Positions 1 to 13,429 of a stretch of DNA of 64,000 bases are shown in pieces. The stretch is from the NCBI RefSeq assembly GCF_048593235.1, contig NC_133620.1:294515765-294579764 (forward strand), in the 5' to 3' direction. The notes under the pieces are model-generated. The model did not search any database and had not been told where the DNA came from. It saw nothing but the letters and a program-made list of their open reading frames with translations. The first letter of the stretch is position 1, and each line of letters begins with the position of its first letter. Made by a program: the position numbers and the translations under genes. This stretch comes from Sminthopsis crassicaudata (lineage: Eukaryota).

Positions 1-300
1 CAGCTTATTGATGTCCTTCCAACAGTTGGCATCCAGAACCAGATACAATATTCTAAATATGGACTTACAATGACAGAGTACAACAGGAGCATCACCTCCC
101 TAATCTTGGAGAATATGCTTCTCTGAAACAGCTTCAGATTCTCTGAATCTGCATTATACTGATCACACATATTAAGCTGAGATCTTTTTTCAAGTAAGCT
201 CCATTTTAGCCATAATTCTCCCAACTTTCACTTGATTTTTTAAGCTTCCAAAAAAATAAAATTTGATATATTGCTATTAAATGTCATCTTATTAGTTCAT
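1..300 (-). mobile_element. Old CR1/L3 LINE fragment
   Basis: Sequence ccagaaccagatacaatattctaaatatgg...gagtacaacaggagcatcacctccct resembles the reverse strand of the CR1/L3 3' ORF2 region. Family recognised by eye; boundaries approximate. Confidence 0.5.
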
Positions 301-1463
301 AGGATTTTAGATTTGGAGCTAAATGAGCATATGGGAGACCACTGAGTGTAATCCCTCAGAATGAGTTAATGATTTGCCTCAGGGTCACACATCTAGTCAG
401 TCAGTCAATAAATATTTATTAAGCAATTGATTGTGCCAGGTACTCAAGAGGCAAGATTTACAGATAATGTGCTAAGTAGGTGGTTTACAGTTATTGTTTG
501 ATCCTCACAACAACCCTAAGAAGTAGGTGATTTCTCCATTTTACAAGATGAGAAAACTGATGCAAATGGATTAAGTGATCTGATCAGGATTATACTGGTA
601 GGAAGTGAATAAAGTTGTATATGAAGTTAGGTCACTCAGGTCTTCCTGACTCTTAAGTCTGGTACCCACTGTACCACCTGCCTGTCCCTTTCCATAAAAA
701 GAAGTTGAACAAGCCTGTTGCTTCTATGATATGGTCTGTGCCAAAGTCTTTCACAATTCTGATCTGTCATTATCTGCTTCCTAGTTTGAGAAACATGATA
801 TTTCAGTCTCTCCTGAAAATGTTACATAGTAAAGTTGCTAGCTACCTTTCTCCCATCATATACAATTATGATGTATATTTTTTGGTTTGTATCTCTTTAT
901 ATATGTACTGTTTTTACCACAGTAGAATGTAAGGATCTTTGAGGTTAGGGATTCTTTTGTTTTGATCTTTCACTCATCCAACAAGTATTAAAAATTTTTT
1001 TTTTCAATTTGTGTTGATATCTTTCATTTTTATATCACCTTCATTTATGAATATATCCTTCCTCCCTCCCCTACCCATCAAGCTATTCCTTGTAACAAAG
1101 AATAAAGAGGGAAAAAAGCAGTTCAACAAAACTAGCCAGCATATTTGACAGCATATGCAGTGTTCCACAGCCACAATCCCTCACCTCTGCAAAGAAGGTA
1201 GGGAGGTGCATTTTCTAATCTCTGGGGCCAAAGTTGATTATTATATATATTGTTCAGTTCCATTTTCTTCTTTCCATTAATATTGTTGTAGTGATATATA
1301 TTATTTTCTGGTTCTATTTGCTTTACTATATCAGTTCATATAAGTCTTCCCAAGTCTTCCCATGCTTATTTGAATTCTTCATATTCATTTCTTATGGCAC
1401 AGTAATATTCCATTACTTTCATGTACCAGTATTTGATCAAGTCAAATCAAGTATTTATTAAAT

Positions 1464-1585
1464 GGGGGGCAGTTAGATGGTACACTGCTCCTGGAGTCAG
1501 GAGGACTTGAGTTCAAATCCAGCCTCAGACACTTAACACTTCTTAGCTGTGTGACCCTGAGCAAGTCACTTAACCCAAATTACCA
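1464..1585 (+). mobile_element. Marsupial CORE-SINE (WSINE1/Mar1-like)
   Basis: gggggcagttagatgg...ggagtcaggaggacttgagttcaaatcc...cttagctgtgtgaccctgagcaagtcacttaacc: tRNA-derived head with B-box followed by the CORE domain. Confidence 0.75.
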
Positions 1586-3145
1586 CACATACTCACATAG
1601 AGTACATATTAAAAGCTCAGAGTCTACCAGGCACTCTGTTAAACACTGGATTAGGCATTCTTTAATCAATGGGTATATCAAGTATTAAACACCAGACATG
1701 GTTAGGCGCCATTACAAAAACAAAAAATGAAGCAGTTTATACCTTTTAGAGTTTGCATACTATTAAGAGTATTAGATTTAAGTAGAAAATAAATACAAAA
1801 TGATTTCTGGAAAGAAGGCTAGAACTGGGAATGGGGATGGGGATCAGAATAAACCACTCCTATAAGATGAGACATCTGAACTGAGTTTTAAAAGAATCTA
1901 AGGACAGAAGGGAGAGCATTACTGGTATAAAAAAATTGCCTATAGAAAGGCAAAAAGATAGGAAATATAACAACATGTATGGAGAACATGCATTTTGGCT
2001 GGAAAGTAGTTTGTGAAGGGAAAATAATGTGCAATAGGCCACATTGCAATGGTCTTTAAATGTCAAGAGTCTTGTATTTGGTTCCAAAGTCACTTGGAAA
2101 CCACTGGGCAAGGGAGTAGCATAGTCAGATCTGTGCTTTAGGAATATCAATTTGGCAATTGTCTGAAGGATTAATTGGAAATGGAAGAGACTTGAGGCAG
2201 AGAAACCAATTAGAAGACTATTGTAATAATATAAATAGGAGTTGATAAGGGATGAATGAAGAGAAAGGGAATTAGATGTTTGAGATGTTACTAAGGTAGA
2301 CTTTGCCAAGACTTGATAATTTATTGTTTATAACATTAAAAAAACAAAACAAAGAAGACTGAAGTTGAAAACCTTGGTTACTAAGAATTTCAGTAGAAAT
2401 AGGGAAGTTAGGGAGGAGTTTTGGGAGGCTGATGAGTTATTTTTTAAGGCATGTTCAATTTAAGATGTCTGGGATTCTTAGTTGGAAATGTCTAATAGCT
2501 GATAATGCAAAACTAGAGGAAAATACTTGGGCTGGAAACATAGATCCTGGGAGTCATCTAAATAGGGATGAAGAGTTAAACCTATGAGAACTGACTAGAT
2601 CTTCGTATGTCTGGGATCTAGCTAACTAACTGCCTGCCACATAATTAGTGTTTAATAAATGTTTGTTGAATGAATGGATCTAAAAATAAGGCCAAACAAT
2701 TGCATAGAATTCTTCTTCAAAACTGATATGGAACTGATATTCCAAGCTGATATTTCAGTCTGACTATTCAGTCAATATTTGACTATATTATAGTATAATC
2801 TATAGAAATTTTATAAAATATATTGCTAAAATCTAAGTAAACTATTCCTACACCATTCCTCTAACAGTTTAGTAATCTTATCACAAAAGGGAACTAAGTT
2901 AATCTCATATGACCTGTTCTTGGCTAAGCTGTGCTTTGTGATTGCTGCTTCCTTTTCTGGATATCCATTAACTATATATCTTTTAAATAAAAAATTCCAG
3001 ATTTTTGCCAGACATCAAAAGTCAAGCTCACTACCTTATGATTTGCAGATTTCAGTTTTCCCCTTTCTAAAAAATTAAGACATTAACCTATCTTCAGTCC
3101 TATGATATTTCATATTCTCCATTATTTCCTTTTGTTTGTTTGGGG

Positions 3146-3279
3146 TTTTTTGCTGAGGCTGTTGGGATCAAGTGATTTGCCCAGGGCCATACAGCTAGGA
3201 AGTATTAAGTGTCTGAGCTCAAATTTGAACTCAGGTCCTCCTGATTTCAGGGCTGGTGCTCTATCTACTTAGCTGCCCC
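3146..3279 (-). mobile_element. Marsupial CORE-SINE (WSINE1-like)
   Basis: Reverse complement reads ggggcagctaagtagatagagcaccagccctgaaatcaggaggacctgagttcaaatttgagctcagacac...cagcctcagcaaaaaa. Confidence 0.75.
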
Positions 3280-5516
3280 TCTATTATTTTCAAAGATCAT
3301 TTACTTAGTGAATTAGTAGTCTTATCTACCATTTCTTTCAGTATCCAGTGATGTAATTCAGTTGAACTTGGTCTTGAGCATTTAATCTTGAACTCATCAA
3401 GATCAGCTAAGTGTTCTTTTACTATCTCTCCATTTTAGAGGGCTATCATTTCCCTATTTGCCTTTTTATTTCTGTCTTCAAATGTAAAAGATCATCTTGA
3501 GATCTGGATAACTAAAGGTTCTTGGCACCACTATATCATGCATTCACATCTTTGTCCCCTTTCTTTCCTGGTAGTCTATGGTATACTTCAGTGACAATAT
3601 TGTTTCTTTTTCTGCCTCTTGATATCCTCACTGGAATGCTTTCTACTATGCTTCTCTCTCCAGAGAGAAGCAAATCTTGCATCTATTCATACAAGTTTAA
3701 TTTCTTAATATACATACAATATTATTGGGCCCCAATCTGTGCCTTTTCATCTAACAGAAAGGTTTAGTCCGAGTTAGAAGAGACTTTAGAGGCCATCTAA
3801 TCTGATATCTCCCTCTTATCTACACATGAAAAAACTGAAGCTTAGAGAGAGTTAAGTGATTTAATGTATACTCCTCCAGAGTCATATTCCAGGAAGTCTT
3901 ATCCCACTAAGATTCAACTGTAACTATGAGATAAAATTTTACCTCCTTTTATTGGGAGAAAAAACTGGTTTGGGGGAAAAGATGAGCTGCACTAAAAGAT
4001 AAATGCTGCACTTTGGATGTGTGAAAGTTAACAATGAAGGCTAACTAAAAATGTGTTAGCAGGTAATTAAAAATAATGCCTGCAGTTTGGGTGACAGGAC
4101 AGAGTTAGCAAACTCTAGATTAGAGAACACTTGATAGTTATAAAACATTTATATACATTATTTCATTTCATTCTAATAGGAATTCAAAGAATTAAACAGT
4201 GACAGTATTGCTAATCCATTTCTCCTATTTTACAAAAGAGGGAACAAGTTTGAAGAAGCTATAAATGAATGGTCAGAGATCTCAGTGCTAGTGAGCAGAT
4301 GGTGGAACTGAGACTCCCAATCTACTTTCTTTTTTTCTGTCCCACCTTACTTTTTAGAGAAGTGATAAGTGAAGTGGTGAGAAAGTACGAAAGAGGAAAA
4401 AAGGGAGAAGGGAGAAAAAGGGGGGAAGAAAAGAGGAAAAAGAGCAGCTAAAAACAAACTAAAGAAGAAAAAAGGAAATTTTTTTTTTAAAGCAGAGTGG
4501 CAGAAAGAGAGAACCAGGATGATATTACAGAAGCTAAGGGAAGAAATAGTTTCCAGAACAGGGTGGACAACGTTCTTATGTATATCTAAGTTCTAGCAAA
4601 ATGAGAATGGCAAAAAGTGTCACCAGAATGACCAATCCAGGACAATATTTAATCTTTTCACTTTTGTATAATAGAAAAAAATAGAGTACAGGCTCGAAGA
4701 AACTGAGTGGTTGAATTTTTTTGTAATTTTTTAGTAATATAATAAAAGTGTATTAGCACTTGGATCAGAAGACCACAGACTGGCCTTACATGAGGAGCCA
4801 AAGAGAATTCTCCCCCTGGTCTCAAACTCTCATCTTCCAAGATGAGGAAACTATCACCCAAGGGTGATAAAGTCACATATCATACAGATAACTAATCCTA
4901 GAGGCATGATTAAAATATAAATCTTCTGATTCCAAATCCAGAGCTTTTTCTCACTTTATTTGACTCTAAGAGGCAGCTGGAGATAGTGAGAGGTTTGTGT
5001 GGAAGCAAGGGAAGGCATATTAGGAAGCAGCAAAGAAGCCAATGGAAAAAGAAGAGCTGAAAGAGGGGTAAGATTTTAATTTATAGTCTGTCACAGGGAC
5101 TGTACTAATATGTAGTATGGTAAACCTTAAAAACAGATCACCTATTTCTAGAAGATTGAAGTTTAAGATGAGCAGATGAATACAGGAACTGAAATGTATT
5201 GGTAAAGGGATATGTAGGGAAAGTATAAAAAGGAGAAGTCAGGGTTCCTTCACTTAAAATCTATTGAGGAGAAAAAAACAAAATGAAACTGGAGAATGGC
5301 AAAAACTTCTAGACCAATCTGTAGTACAGATTGCAGTACAGTATAATTCAAGATAAGGAAATATGGAGCAAGTCAGGGAAAGCTTCACACAGGAGGTGGG
5401 ATTCAAGCTGAAAGTCTCTTCTTTCCTACCTCCCACTCCCCAAGCCTCCCTGCCCCCCAACCCAAGAATCCTTGGTGTCTTTCCTCACCTCAGGGATCCT
5501 GACATCTTGTCCCCAG

Positions 5517-6651
5517 GTACATTACCTGCAGCGCCCCATTGCCCTCTGGTGTGGCCTGAATCATTCCCTCGTGTTGAGCCAGAGCTCGGATTTCAGCAAG
5601 GAGCTGCTGGGTTGTGGCTGTGGAGCTGGAGGTCGGCTCCCTGGCTGGCCCAAGGGGAGCGCCTCCTTCGTCAAGCTCCATGTCAAGGTCGGGATCATGG
5701 TGGGGGAAGCAGAGGGGGATTTTGAGATCAGGGATCAAGAAAGTACGGGTCAAGATAGATAACAAGAAAGTAGGCTTTTTTGATTTCTACCCTCCCTGCC
5801 CCAAGTGGTATACATGCACACATAACTCTTATTTCTTGATCCCTTTTCTATTGTATTCCATTTGTTATGGGGGCCCTACCCAATAATCCTCATTCTTCCC
5901 TGGTCCCTCCCCCACGCCTATTTAGTTTCTCCTATTTAGTTGACTCTGTAGGAAAATGAAGCAGACTTCCCAAAGTCCAGGCCTTTCACCTTCCCTTCCA
6001 AAACTCCAGCCCTATCCCAGGACTTCTTAAACTTTTTTTCACTCGCGATCCCTTTTCACCCGAGAAATTTGTACGTGACAAGTATATAAAATAGAATACA
6101 GTTCAAACATTTACTGATAACAAATCATAATTTCTCGACCCTTTACATTCAATTACAAGACCCTATATGAGGTCATAAACCAGTTTTAAGAAGCTGGCCC
6201 CTATTATCATCATCCTCCTCCACACACAGAGTCATCTTCCCTAGTATCTCTTCTAGCCTCAGATGCCTACCATGTTCTCTCTACTTAGGTCCCTCTTTGT
6301 GCTTGCTCTCTTTGCTCCACGAGAGAATGCCTCTACATGCTCTCCAGCCATGACATTGAACGCCGCCCCACTTACCGTGACCTACCAGCCAGCAGGGCCA
6401 CAGGGACTTCAGAGCCCACTGTGGGGACGGGGACATCCCAGGATCCTGGGGGGGCAGCCCGAGCCTGTGAAGAGTATCTGAGCCAGATTCACAGCTGTCC
6501 CACCCTGCAGGACCGGATGGAGAAGATGAAGGAGATTGTGGGCTGGATGCCTCTGCTAGCTGCACAGAAGGATTTCTTCTGGGAAGCACTGGACATGCTG
6601 CAGAGGGCTGCTGGGGGAAGTGGCCCAGGACCCACACCCCTTGAAAGCTGA
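5517..6651 (+). CDS. FBXO24: F-box only protein 24, last two coding exons (5517-5687 and 6289-6651); upstream exons lie before the window
   Basis: Exon 5517-5687 (cag|GTA...AAG|gt, 171 nt) gives VHYLQRPIALWCGLNHSLVLSQSSDFSKELLGCGCGAGGRLPGWPKGSASFVKLHVK. Exon 6289-6651 gives VPLCACSLCSTRECLYMLSSHDIE...EEYLSQIHSCPTLQDRMEKMKEIVGWMPLLAAQKDFFWEALDMLQRA...PLES*. Both match the remembered human FBXO24 C-terminus, and the position upstream of PCOLCE is syntenic. Confidence 0.93.
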
Positions 6652-6881
6652 CCCCCTTTATTCCCCCAAAAGGAAGGGGAGAGACTGGCCAGGGGCCAGG
6701 CCAGGTCAGAGAAGAGCTGAAGCGTGTACTATATATATGTGAGAGATTTGGGGAAGGGGGAGGGAACAGGAGACACGCACTGGGTCGGGACGGGGTTGTT
6801 TTGTAAAATTGTTGGGGGGATTTCCCAGGAGGGGCCCCCAACCTGGGCATCATGGACAAAAGAAATTTGATGGATGGATAC

Positions 6882-6887
6882 AATAAA
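6882..6887 (+). terminator. Candidate FBXO24 polyadenylation signal
   Basis: First AATAAA downstream of the FBXO24 stop, about 230 nt away. Confidence 0.5.
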
Positions 6888-7931
6888 AGAAGCTGCAGCA
6901 GAGCCCTGGATACTTGGGTCCTAGGAGGGGAATAGTAATGACTGTTTCCTTGGATGCCCATGGGAAATAAGGGCTCAAAGAGGAGAAAGCAGGGAACCTG
7001 AGAATAGAATGCTTGAAGCTTAGGAAGATCATCTAAGGGAAGGTAGGAGACCTGGTCAGCAGAGATGGTCAGAGGAGGTGGCTTATTTTTTCTTCAACTC
7101 TACCTATGCCACAGCAAGCACCTTTCTAAGATCTAGATGGTAGGGAAAATGCTATTCCTTTGAGGTTCTACTCTATATTCTAAAACACTCATCATCTGAT
7201 TCCCCCATTAGATCCTTTATCTTTTTGCCCCAAAGTCTCCTGTCTGCTCACATTAATTTTAATATCCATCTATCTCACACCCATTGTTCCTCAGATTCTA
7301 TCACCATATACTCAGGCTATCTTAACTTTTTTGTCATTCTCAAATATATAATCTTTCATATAGTACTTTCTTCCCACTCTTGTGTAATTTTCTGTCTCCT
7401 AATATTCAACTTGTCTGGTGGTGGTGGAGCTATTTACCTATCCCTGACTTGGACTGGAGAGCCCCATTCCTGGGACCAAGGAATAGAAATGGGGGCAGGG
7501 AAAAAAGGAACAGAAAATCGGAGTAAGTAGAATTAAGAGCTAGTATGGGATGAAGTCAGATGGAACTATGAGGCAGGAAGGAGTCCCAAATAGGAACTGA
7601 ATGGGGGAGTCCTCAAAGAACAACATGAGTTTGTGGTAAAATAAGAGATTTGGATCTTGGCCAACAGCTAGGGTGCTTCCACTTCGTCTCTCCACCCCAG
7701 TCACTTAGGTTAAGTCAATATTTGTGTGTACTGGACCTGAGAGGCCCCCAGACTTGGCTCTTATTTTTTCACATCCCTGTCTTCCTTCCCTTCCCCCATT
7801 CCTCTTCCTAATTCGTTCAGTCCCCACGCCCACACACTCAAAGCCAACCCATCTGGCTTTGATTATCCTGTTGCTGCTGGACTCAGCCGCTGCCTCTGTT
7901 TCAGGGACCCCGACATCTCTTCCCCCTAGCC

Positions 7932-10900
7932 ATGCTGCCTCTTATCCCACTCTTCGTTCTGGGGCCTTTTTTTACTTCCTTCACCCTGCTATCCCTCACC
8001 CAGGCCCAGGGAGCTCCTGCCCAGAGCCCCAACTACACCAGGTAGGTCTATTTCCACTCTTAATGTACCCTTCCCAATGTCCACAGAATCCAATAAAGGA
8101 ACTCTGCTTTATGGATTTTATATTGCCGGGAAGCCATTAGGTTTTTTTTTTTTTTCCCCGTCTCACCCCTTAACTCCACACACACACTTTGACACCCCCA
8201 TCCTATTTGGCTATTACTTATCCTAAGTGCTCTTTCGTCTTGTTTTGGCTCTCTGGTTCTTTTAAATTTAGTTTCCCATTTGAAATTTCCCTCCTCTCCA
8301 CAGAGCCTTTTGTCTTCTACTTCTTTTTCTCTATCCTTCAACCCCTTATTCCAATTAATGTGACCTGAAAGGAGCAACCTCACTTTTAGAGGATTGGAAC
8401 TTAAGTATTTAAGAGGACTTTTGAAGGGGGATGGGTGGGTTAGAGGGTCAGGAGGAATTGATACCCAAATCCCAGACTTCAGCAGAAGCTGAGACAAGTG
8501 TGGTAGTTAAGGGGAGTTTGATGGCTGGATTGAGATATTGTTGCTTCCTCTCCCCTTAAATCTTATCCCTTCGTTTTAGCAGACTTGTGGCTATATCCAC
8601 ACATCTGGTGCTAGTTAAGTCAGCTGCTAGGCAGGGTAAAGGGAAAGAATTCCAAGAATTCCAGCCTTCTAGCCAGGGTAGGGGTGAAGGACCTTGGGGA
8701 ATGGGAGTAGAAAGGATATTGGGAATAGCTAGTCAAAACTATTTCCTCTGCTTCCTATCCCAGTTGGCTGTAATGCCATTTGCTTTGCTCATTTGCCAAA
8801 CTTTTTACCCATTTCTAGAAAAAACTCTAGTATTATCACCTCTCCTTTTGCAACCTTTCTCCTGCATCTGAGTTTCATCCCCATTTCTTTGTATACTAGT
8901 ACCTCAAAGCTTGACCTTTCCATTCTTAATACATTATTTTTGTTCTGCCTACTCTCACTGATACTGATTACCCACCCCCTTCATTTATGTCTGACCAACC
9001 CCCTAGACCCGTGTTCCTGTGTGGAGGGGATGTGACCGGGGAATCAGGCTACGTGGCAAGTGAGGGCTTCCCCAATCACTATCCCCCTAACAAGGAATGC
9101 ATCTGGACAATCATGGTGAGTGGTCCCCTCTGTTTTGTGCTCTGCCTTTTCAACCATTTCCTACCTTCTGGAACCAGGACAGCTTCTCTTGGGATCAAGT
9201 CCTCCCCTAAGACTTAAAGATCCTTCCTCCAGTCAGGTTCCAGAAAATCCCCATCCTCTCTGCTAATCATCAAACTAGATCTGATTACTGCCTTCTCCCT
9301 ACCCACTCACTCCAAAGATGATGCTTTATTTTGATATATCCTATTAAATCTAGGCCTTAGCACTCCATTAGCATATAATTCCTCATTTAGGATTCTGGAG
9401 TCCTTTATTTTTCTGAAGCTTTTGAATTTATAGAAGTAATGGCTCTTCTTTGCCTTGTTGCTAAAGAATACTCCTGGGCAACAAGATCAAGGGAGTAAAA
9501 ACAAGCCTCATCCCTATCAAAAATGAAGTCTCACTGGCCAAAGAAAGACATCTAGGGATCCCTTCTCTATATCTTGGACCCTGGGACCCCTATATTACCT
9601 TGGCTTAACTGCTAGAGAGGGAAATTTTTGCTTCTTTCCCTGAACTACACCTAATCTGTTCCATCTCCCAATATGACTCCACATAGCTAAGGACAAAGCT
9701 CCTCAATAATGGTGAAGTTGGGAATATAGGTATGAAAAGAAATTAAATCTTGAAGTGTAACCCTTGTCCTCTTTGTCCTTTTCTTTTCTTCCCTAGGTCC
9801 CTGAGGGTCAGACTGTTTTTCTCTCCTTCCGAGTCTTTGACTTGGAATTGGATCCCTCCTGCCGCTATGATTCCCTAGAGATTTTTGCTGGGGCAGGGAC
9901 ATCAGGCCAGCGTCTTGGACATTTCTGTGGGACCTTCAGGCCAGGGCCTGTGGTTGCCCCTGGCAACCAGGTGACACTGAGGATGAGGGCTGATGAGGGG
10001 ACAGGAGGACGAGGCTTCCTGCTGTGGTACAGTGGGCGGGCTACCAATGGCAATGGTGAGATTACCCCTCTCCTCACTTCTCACTCATGGGTATAACACA
10101 TGCCCTGCCACCCTCTATCTTGGGTTCTACCAAAATCCAAAGAGAAAGACAGGTCCATCTCCATGAGATACAAACCCTTCTCCCAAGAGGCTGAAGCCTA
10201 TCCCTGCTAGTATATCCCATACCATATAGAGGGCCTTGTCTCCAGGTTATTATTCTTCTTAATCCCCATCCTCCACCTTGCATCCTCCCCTCTCCTTTTG
10301 TCCTTACTAACTGCTCCTTCAGTCCCACCTCCCCATCTTTTCTATCCTTCCTTTCCCTCCCTCCCACCACCCCCCTCTTCTAGGCACCCCCCCAGGTGCA
10401 AGGCGGAAATGGGGCGCAGACCCACGGGTGGACTGGGCGGCGTGGGGTTACTGGGATGGTGAGTAATTTCCTTAGCCCTTTATGTCCTCTGCAGTTAGAA
10501 CTCACCTAGCTGGGGAGGGGAGGGGGGGAAAGAGAATGAAGAGGTGGGAAGAGGGAGAGAATGGAGAGAATGGAGATGAGGAAGCAGATGAATATATTCC
10601 CCTTGTCCTAAATTATCACTCCCCCCAAACCCAGTCCTAGGATTCTGACCCTATCATCCTTTTCCCATAGCAGAAAACAACCTTTAAAATAAATGTGAGG
10701 ACCACTTGGATCAGAGAGAAGCATTAGAAAAGGCATTCTCCCATTTGAGATGAGAGAGCCCTCAAATGTGTGAAACTTCCAACTGAGAAGACTAAAAAAA
10801 ATCTGGAAGAATTCTGTTAAATTTGGTGTATAAGACTTCCCTTACAGAAGGAAAAAGTGGGAATAAGAGAGAGGAGGAGATTATGGGGAGAGGGAGAGTT

Positions 10901-13084
10901 TGGGAAGTGGGCGAGTTTGAGAAGTGAACCGAGAATACTCCAGCTAATTCCTATCATTTTCTAAGGATGGAGAAGTAGGGAAAATTTGAGGGTGCCTTTA
11001 TGTTGAAAGCCAGGTCCCTACTTTTCTTTACTCTCTTTTTGCTAATTTTCCCCCTCTCCTTATCTCCCCCCAACCCTCCTCCATTCAGGAATCCATATAT
11101 TTGATCTTCCTCCTCCCCCCCCATCCTTGAACACTAGTTTTCCCTCTCCCTGCCCCCACCCCATATCTATCTCTCTATCCAGAGCATCAGTTCTGTGGGG
11201 GTCGGCTGGAGAAGCCCCAAGGTACCCTGACCACACCCAACTGGCCTGAATCTGATTATCCTCCTGGAGTCAGCTGTTCCTGGCTCATCATTGCTCCCCC
11301 AGAACAGGTAACAACATTCCCTAGGCTCTTCATGGGGAACTCAAACATCTGCCTCTCTGCTATATTAATTAGAAACCCAAGTATCTAGTTAGCCAGTTAA
11401 TTTCTATTCTACTAGGTGATTTCTCTGACTTTTGGGAAATTTGACCTGGAGCCAGACACTTATTGCCGATATGATTCAGTCAGCATTTTCAATGGAGCAC
11501 AAAGTGATGATTCAAAAAGAGTGGGGAAATATTGTGGGGACACTGCCCCAAGGTGAGTGGGTAAGGACATTAGAAGAGCAAGTTTTAGTGGCTGGGATGA
11601 AGTGGGGGGGGGGGTGTTGGATCAAATAGAAAGGACCATGACTTAAAAAGAGGGTTGAATGGGTTGGGTAAGTTTAGAAGGAAGAGAGGGAGAAAAGAGA
11701 AGTGGTGGAACAGAGGCTTTTGGAGAAAACTTTGAGGGCATTATAGCTTGGGCACTTCCTTCCCCTGATAACCTACTAACTTCCCTTCCCTCAGTTCCAT
11801 CACTTCAGAAGGAAATGAACTCCTGGTCCAGTTTGTCTCTGATCTCAGTGTCACTGCTGATGGATTTTTTGCCTCCTATAAAGCCCAACCCAGAGGAGGT
11901 GGGAAGGAGGGCATTATTTCCATGGGGAACAACCAACCAGTCCCAGCTTCTCCACAACCACGACCTAAAGTCAAACCACCTACCAAACCCCAGACCCCAG
12001 TCCAAGAGAACTTAAAACCTACCCTTGCCACAGAGTCCGGTAAGCATGATTAAGTTAAATACCAGAGTTTAGGGAGCAGGGGTTTGGGGGATAAGGAAGG
12101 TGTATAAAACAGGGATCTGGGGTCTCGATACTGGACACATAAACACAACTTAGATCTTGGAGGATTGGGAAAGAATGAAGCAAGGCTGGGTGTGGGATGA
12201 GGAAATCATAAGGCTGATTTCCTCCATAGATACTCCTAAGACTCCTTGCCCAAAACAATGCAGAAGAACAGGCACTCTACAAAGCAACTTCTGTGCCAGT
12301 GACTTTGGTAAGCAAGCCAAGAATGAACTCCCTCATACCTCCTGACGGGAGCCTTCTCCTGCTCTTTGCAAGACTTTGTCTTCCTGCCCTCCTCAATACC
12401 TTTCTCTTTCACCTTTCTCCCCCTCTTCTCCCCCCTCCCCTCTCTCCCGTTTTCCATTGCCAATCCTTATATCCTCCCTATCCAAGCTTTATTTCCTACT
12501 ACAAAATAGCATCCTAACCTTTGGTCTATCATGTTAACTTGAGCTATTTTAGTCATACTGCCCACCATATGGAGCCTCCTAATGAGTCCTCCCTATAAAT
12601 TTTATTTTTCTAATCTTTTCCTGTCTTTTTTTTAAAGTGGTGACAGGGACAGTGAAGTCAATGGTTCGAGGTCCTGGGGAAGGCATCACTGTTACCATCA
12701 CCCTCACGGGTGTTTACAAGGCAGGGGCTCTTGGCCTATCTTCCACCTCCACTGGATCCCCACTTAAATTGTATGTACTCTGTCGGCAGTGTCCCCCAAT
12801 AAAGAAAGGTAAGCGAGCTTCTGGAAGAGCTGAATAAAGTATGGGTGGGGGATAACATATTGTGGGTTCCAAGAACAAACGGGAAGGAGACATAGAACCT
12901 CTTGCCTGATTCTCCAACTCTTCCTTTAGGGGCTAGTTACTTGCTGATGGGTAGTGTGGATGAAGAAGGAAGCGCAGTCCTCCACCCCAACAGTTTTGTG
13001 GTACTCTATCGACCAAACCAGGACCAGATCCTTACCAACATGAGCAAAAAGAAGTGTCCGTCCCAGCTTCCAGCCAGGGCCTGA
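7932..13084 (+). CDS. PCOLCE: Procollagen C-endopeptidase enhancer 1 (signal peptide-CUB1-CUB2-linker-NTR), 462 aa; exons 7932-8041, 9007-9115, 9797-10055, 11183-11307, 11416-11552, 11795-12039, 12230-12307, 12638-12808, 12930-13084
   Basis: All junctions are GT-AG and phase-compatible; exons sum to 1389 nt. Translation [71 protein letters not shown]...[29 protein letters not shown]...[18 protein letters not shown]...[11 protein letters not shown] matches PCPE1. Confidence 0.97.
10384..10458 (+). CDS. PCOLCE: Putative alternative cassette exon of PCOLCE (75 nt, phase 1-1, [25 protein letters not shown])
   Basis: Long pyrimidine tract ending ctcttctag, strong donor G|GTGAGT, length a multiple of 3, stop-free in the exon 3/exon 4 frame, CpG-dense relative to the surrounding intron. 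No expression evidence available. Confidence 0.65.
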
Positions 13085-13138
13085 GATGATCTGCACCAAA
13101 TTATTACCTAATTTCTTCCTTACCTCCAAACTTTCTCT

Positions 13139-13154
13139 AATAAATACAAATAAA
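13139..13154 (+). terminator. PCOLCE polyadenylation signals
   Basis: Two AATAAA hexamers at 13139-13144 and 13149-13154, about 55-70 nt after the stop. Confidence 0.75.
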
Positions 13155-13429
13155 GTTCACCTAGACAAAAAAAAGAATCAGAACTTGTCAGGGTGAAGAC
13201 TGGGGGGAAGGAGAGGAGGGCAAAGGGGGAGGAAGTCAAGGTCGTCTTAGTTTGCTGAAACTTAAACCCCCCTCCCCCCAAAAAAAAGGTTAACTCTTGA
13301 TTGGTTTTCATCCCTTCTCCACCAGAGTAAGCCTTCCAGATCAACTCAGCTGGATTCAGGACTTAGGCTTAGGGGGAAAGGAAGACAGTGTGGGGACCTC
13401 AGCAAGAAGCCTAGTTAGGGGAAACCTAA

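Noticed and set aside
6281-6961. 226-aa minus-strand ORF
   Set aside because: Antisense shadow of the GC-rich FBXO24 last exon and 3'UTR; low-complexity Pro/Ser translation with no recognisable domain.
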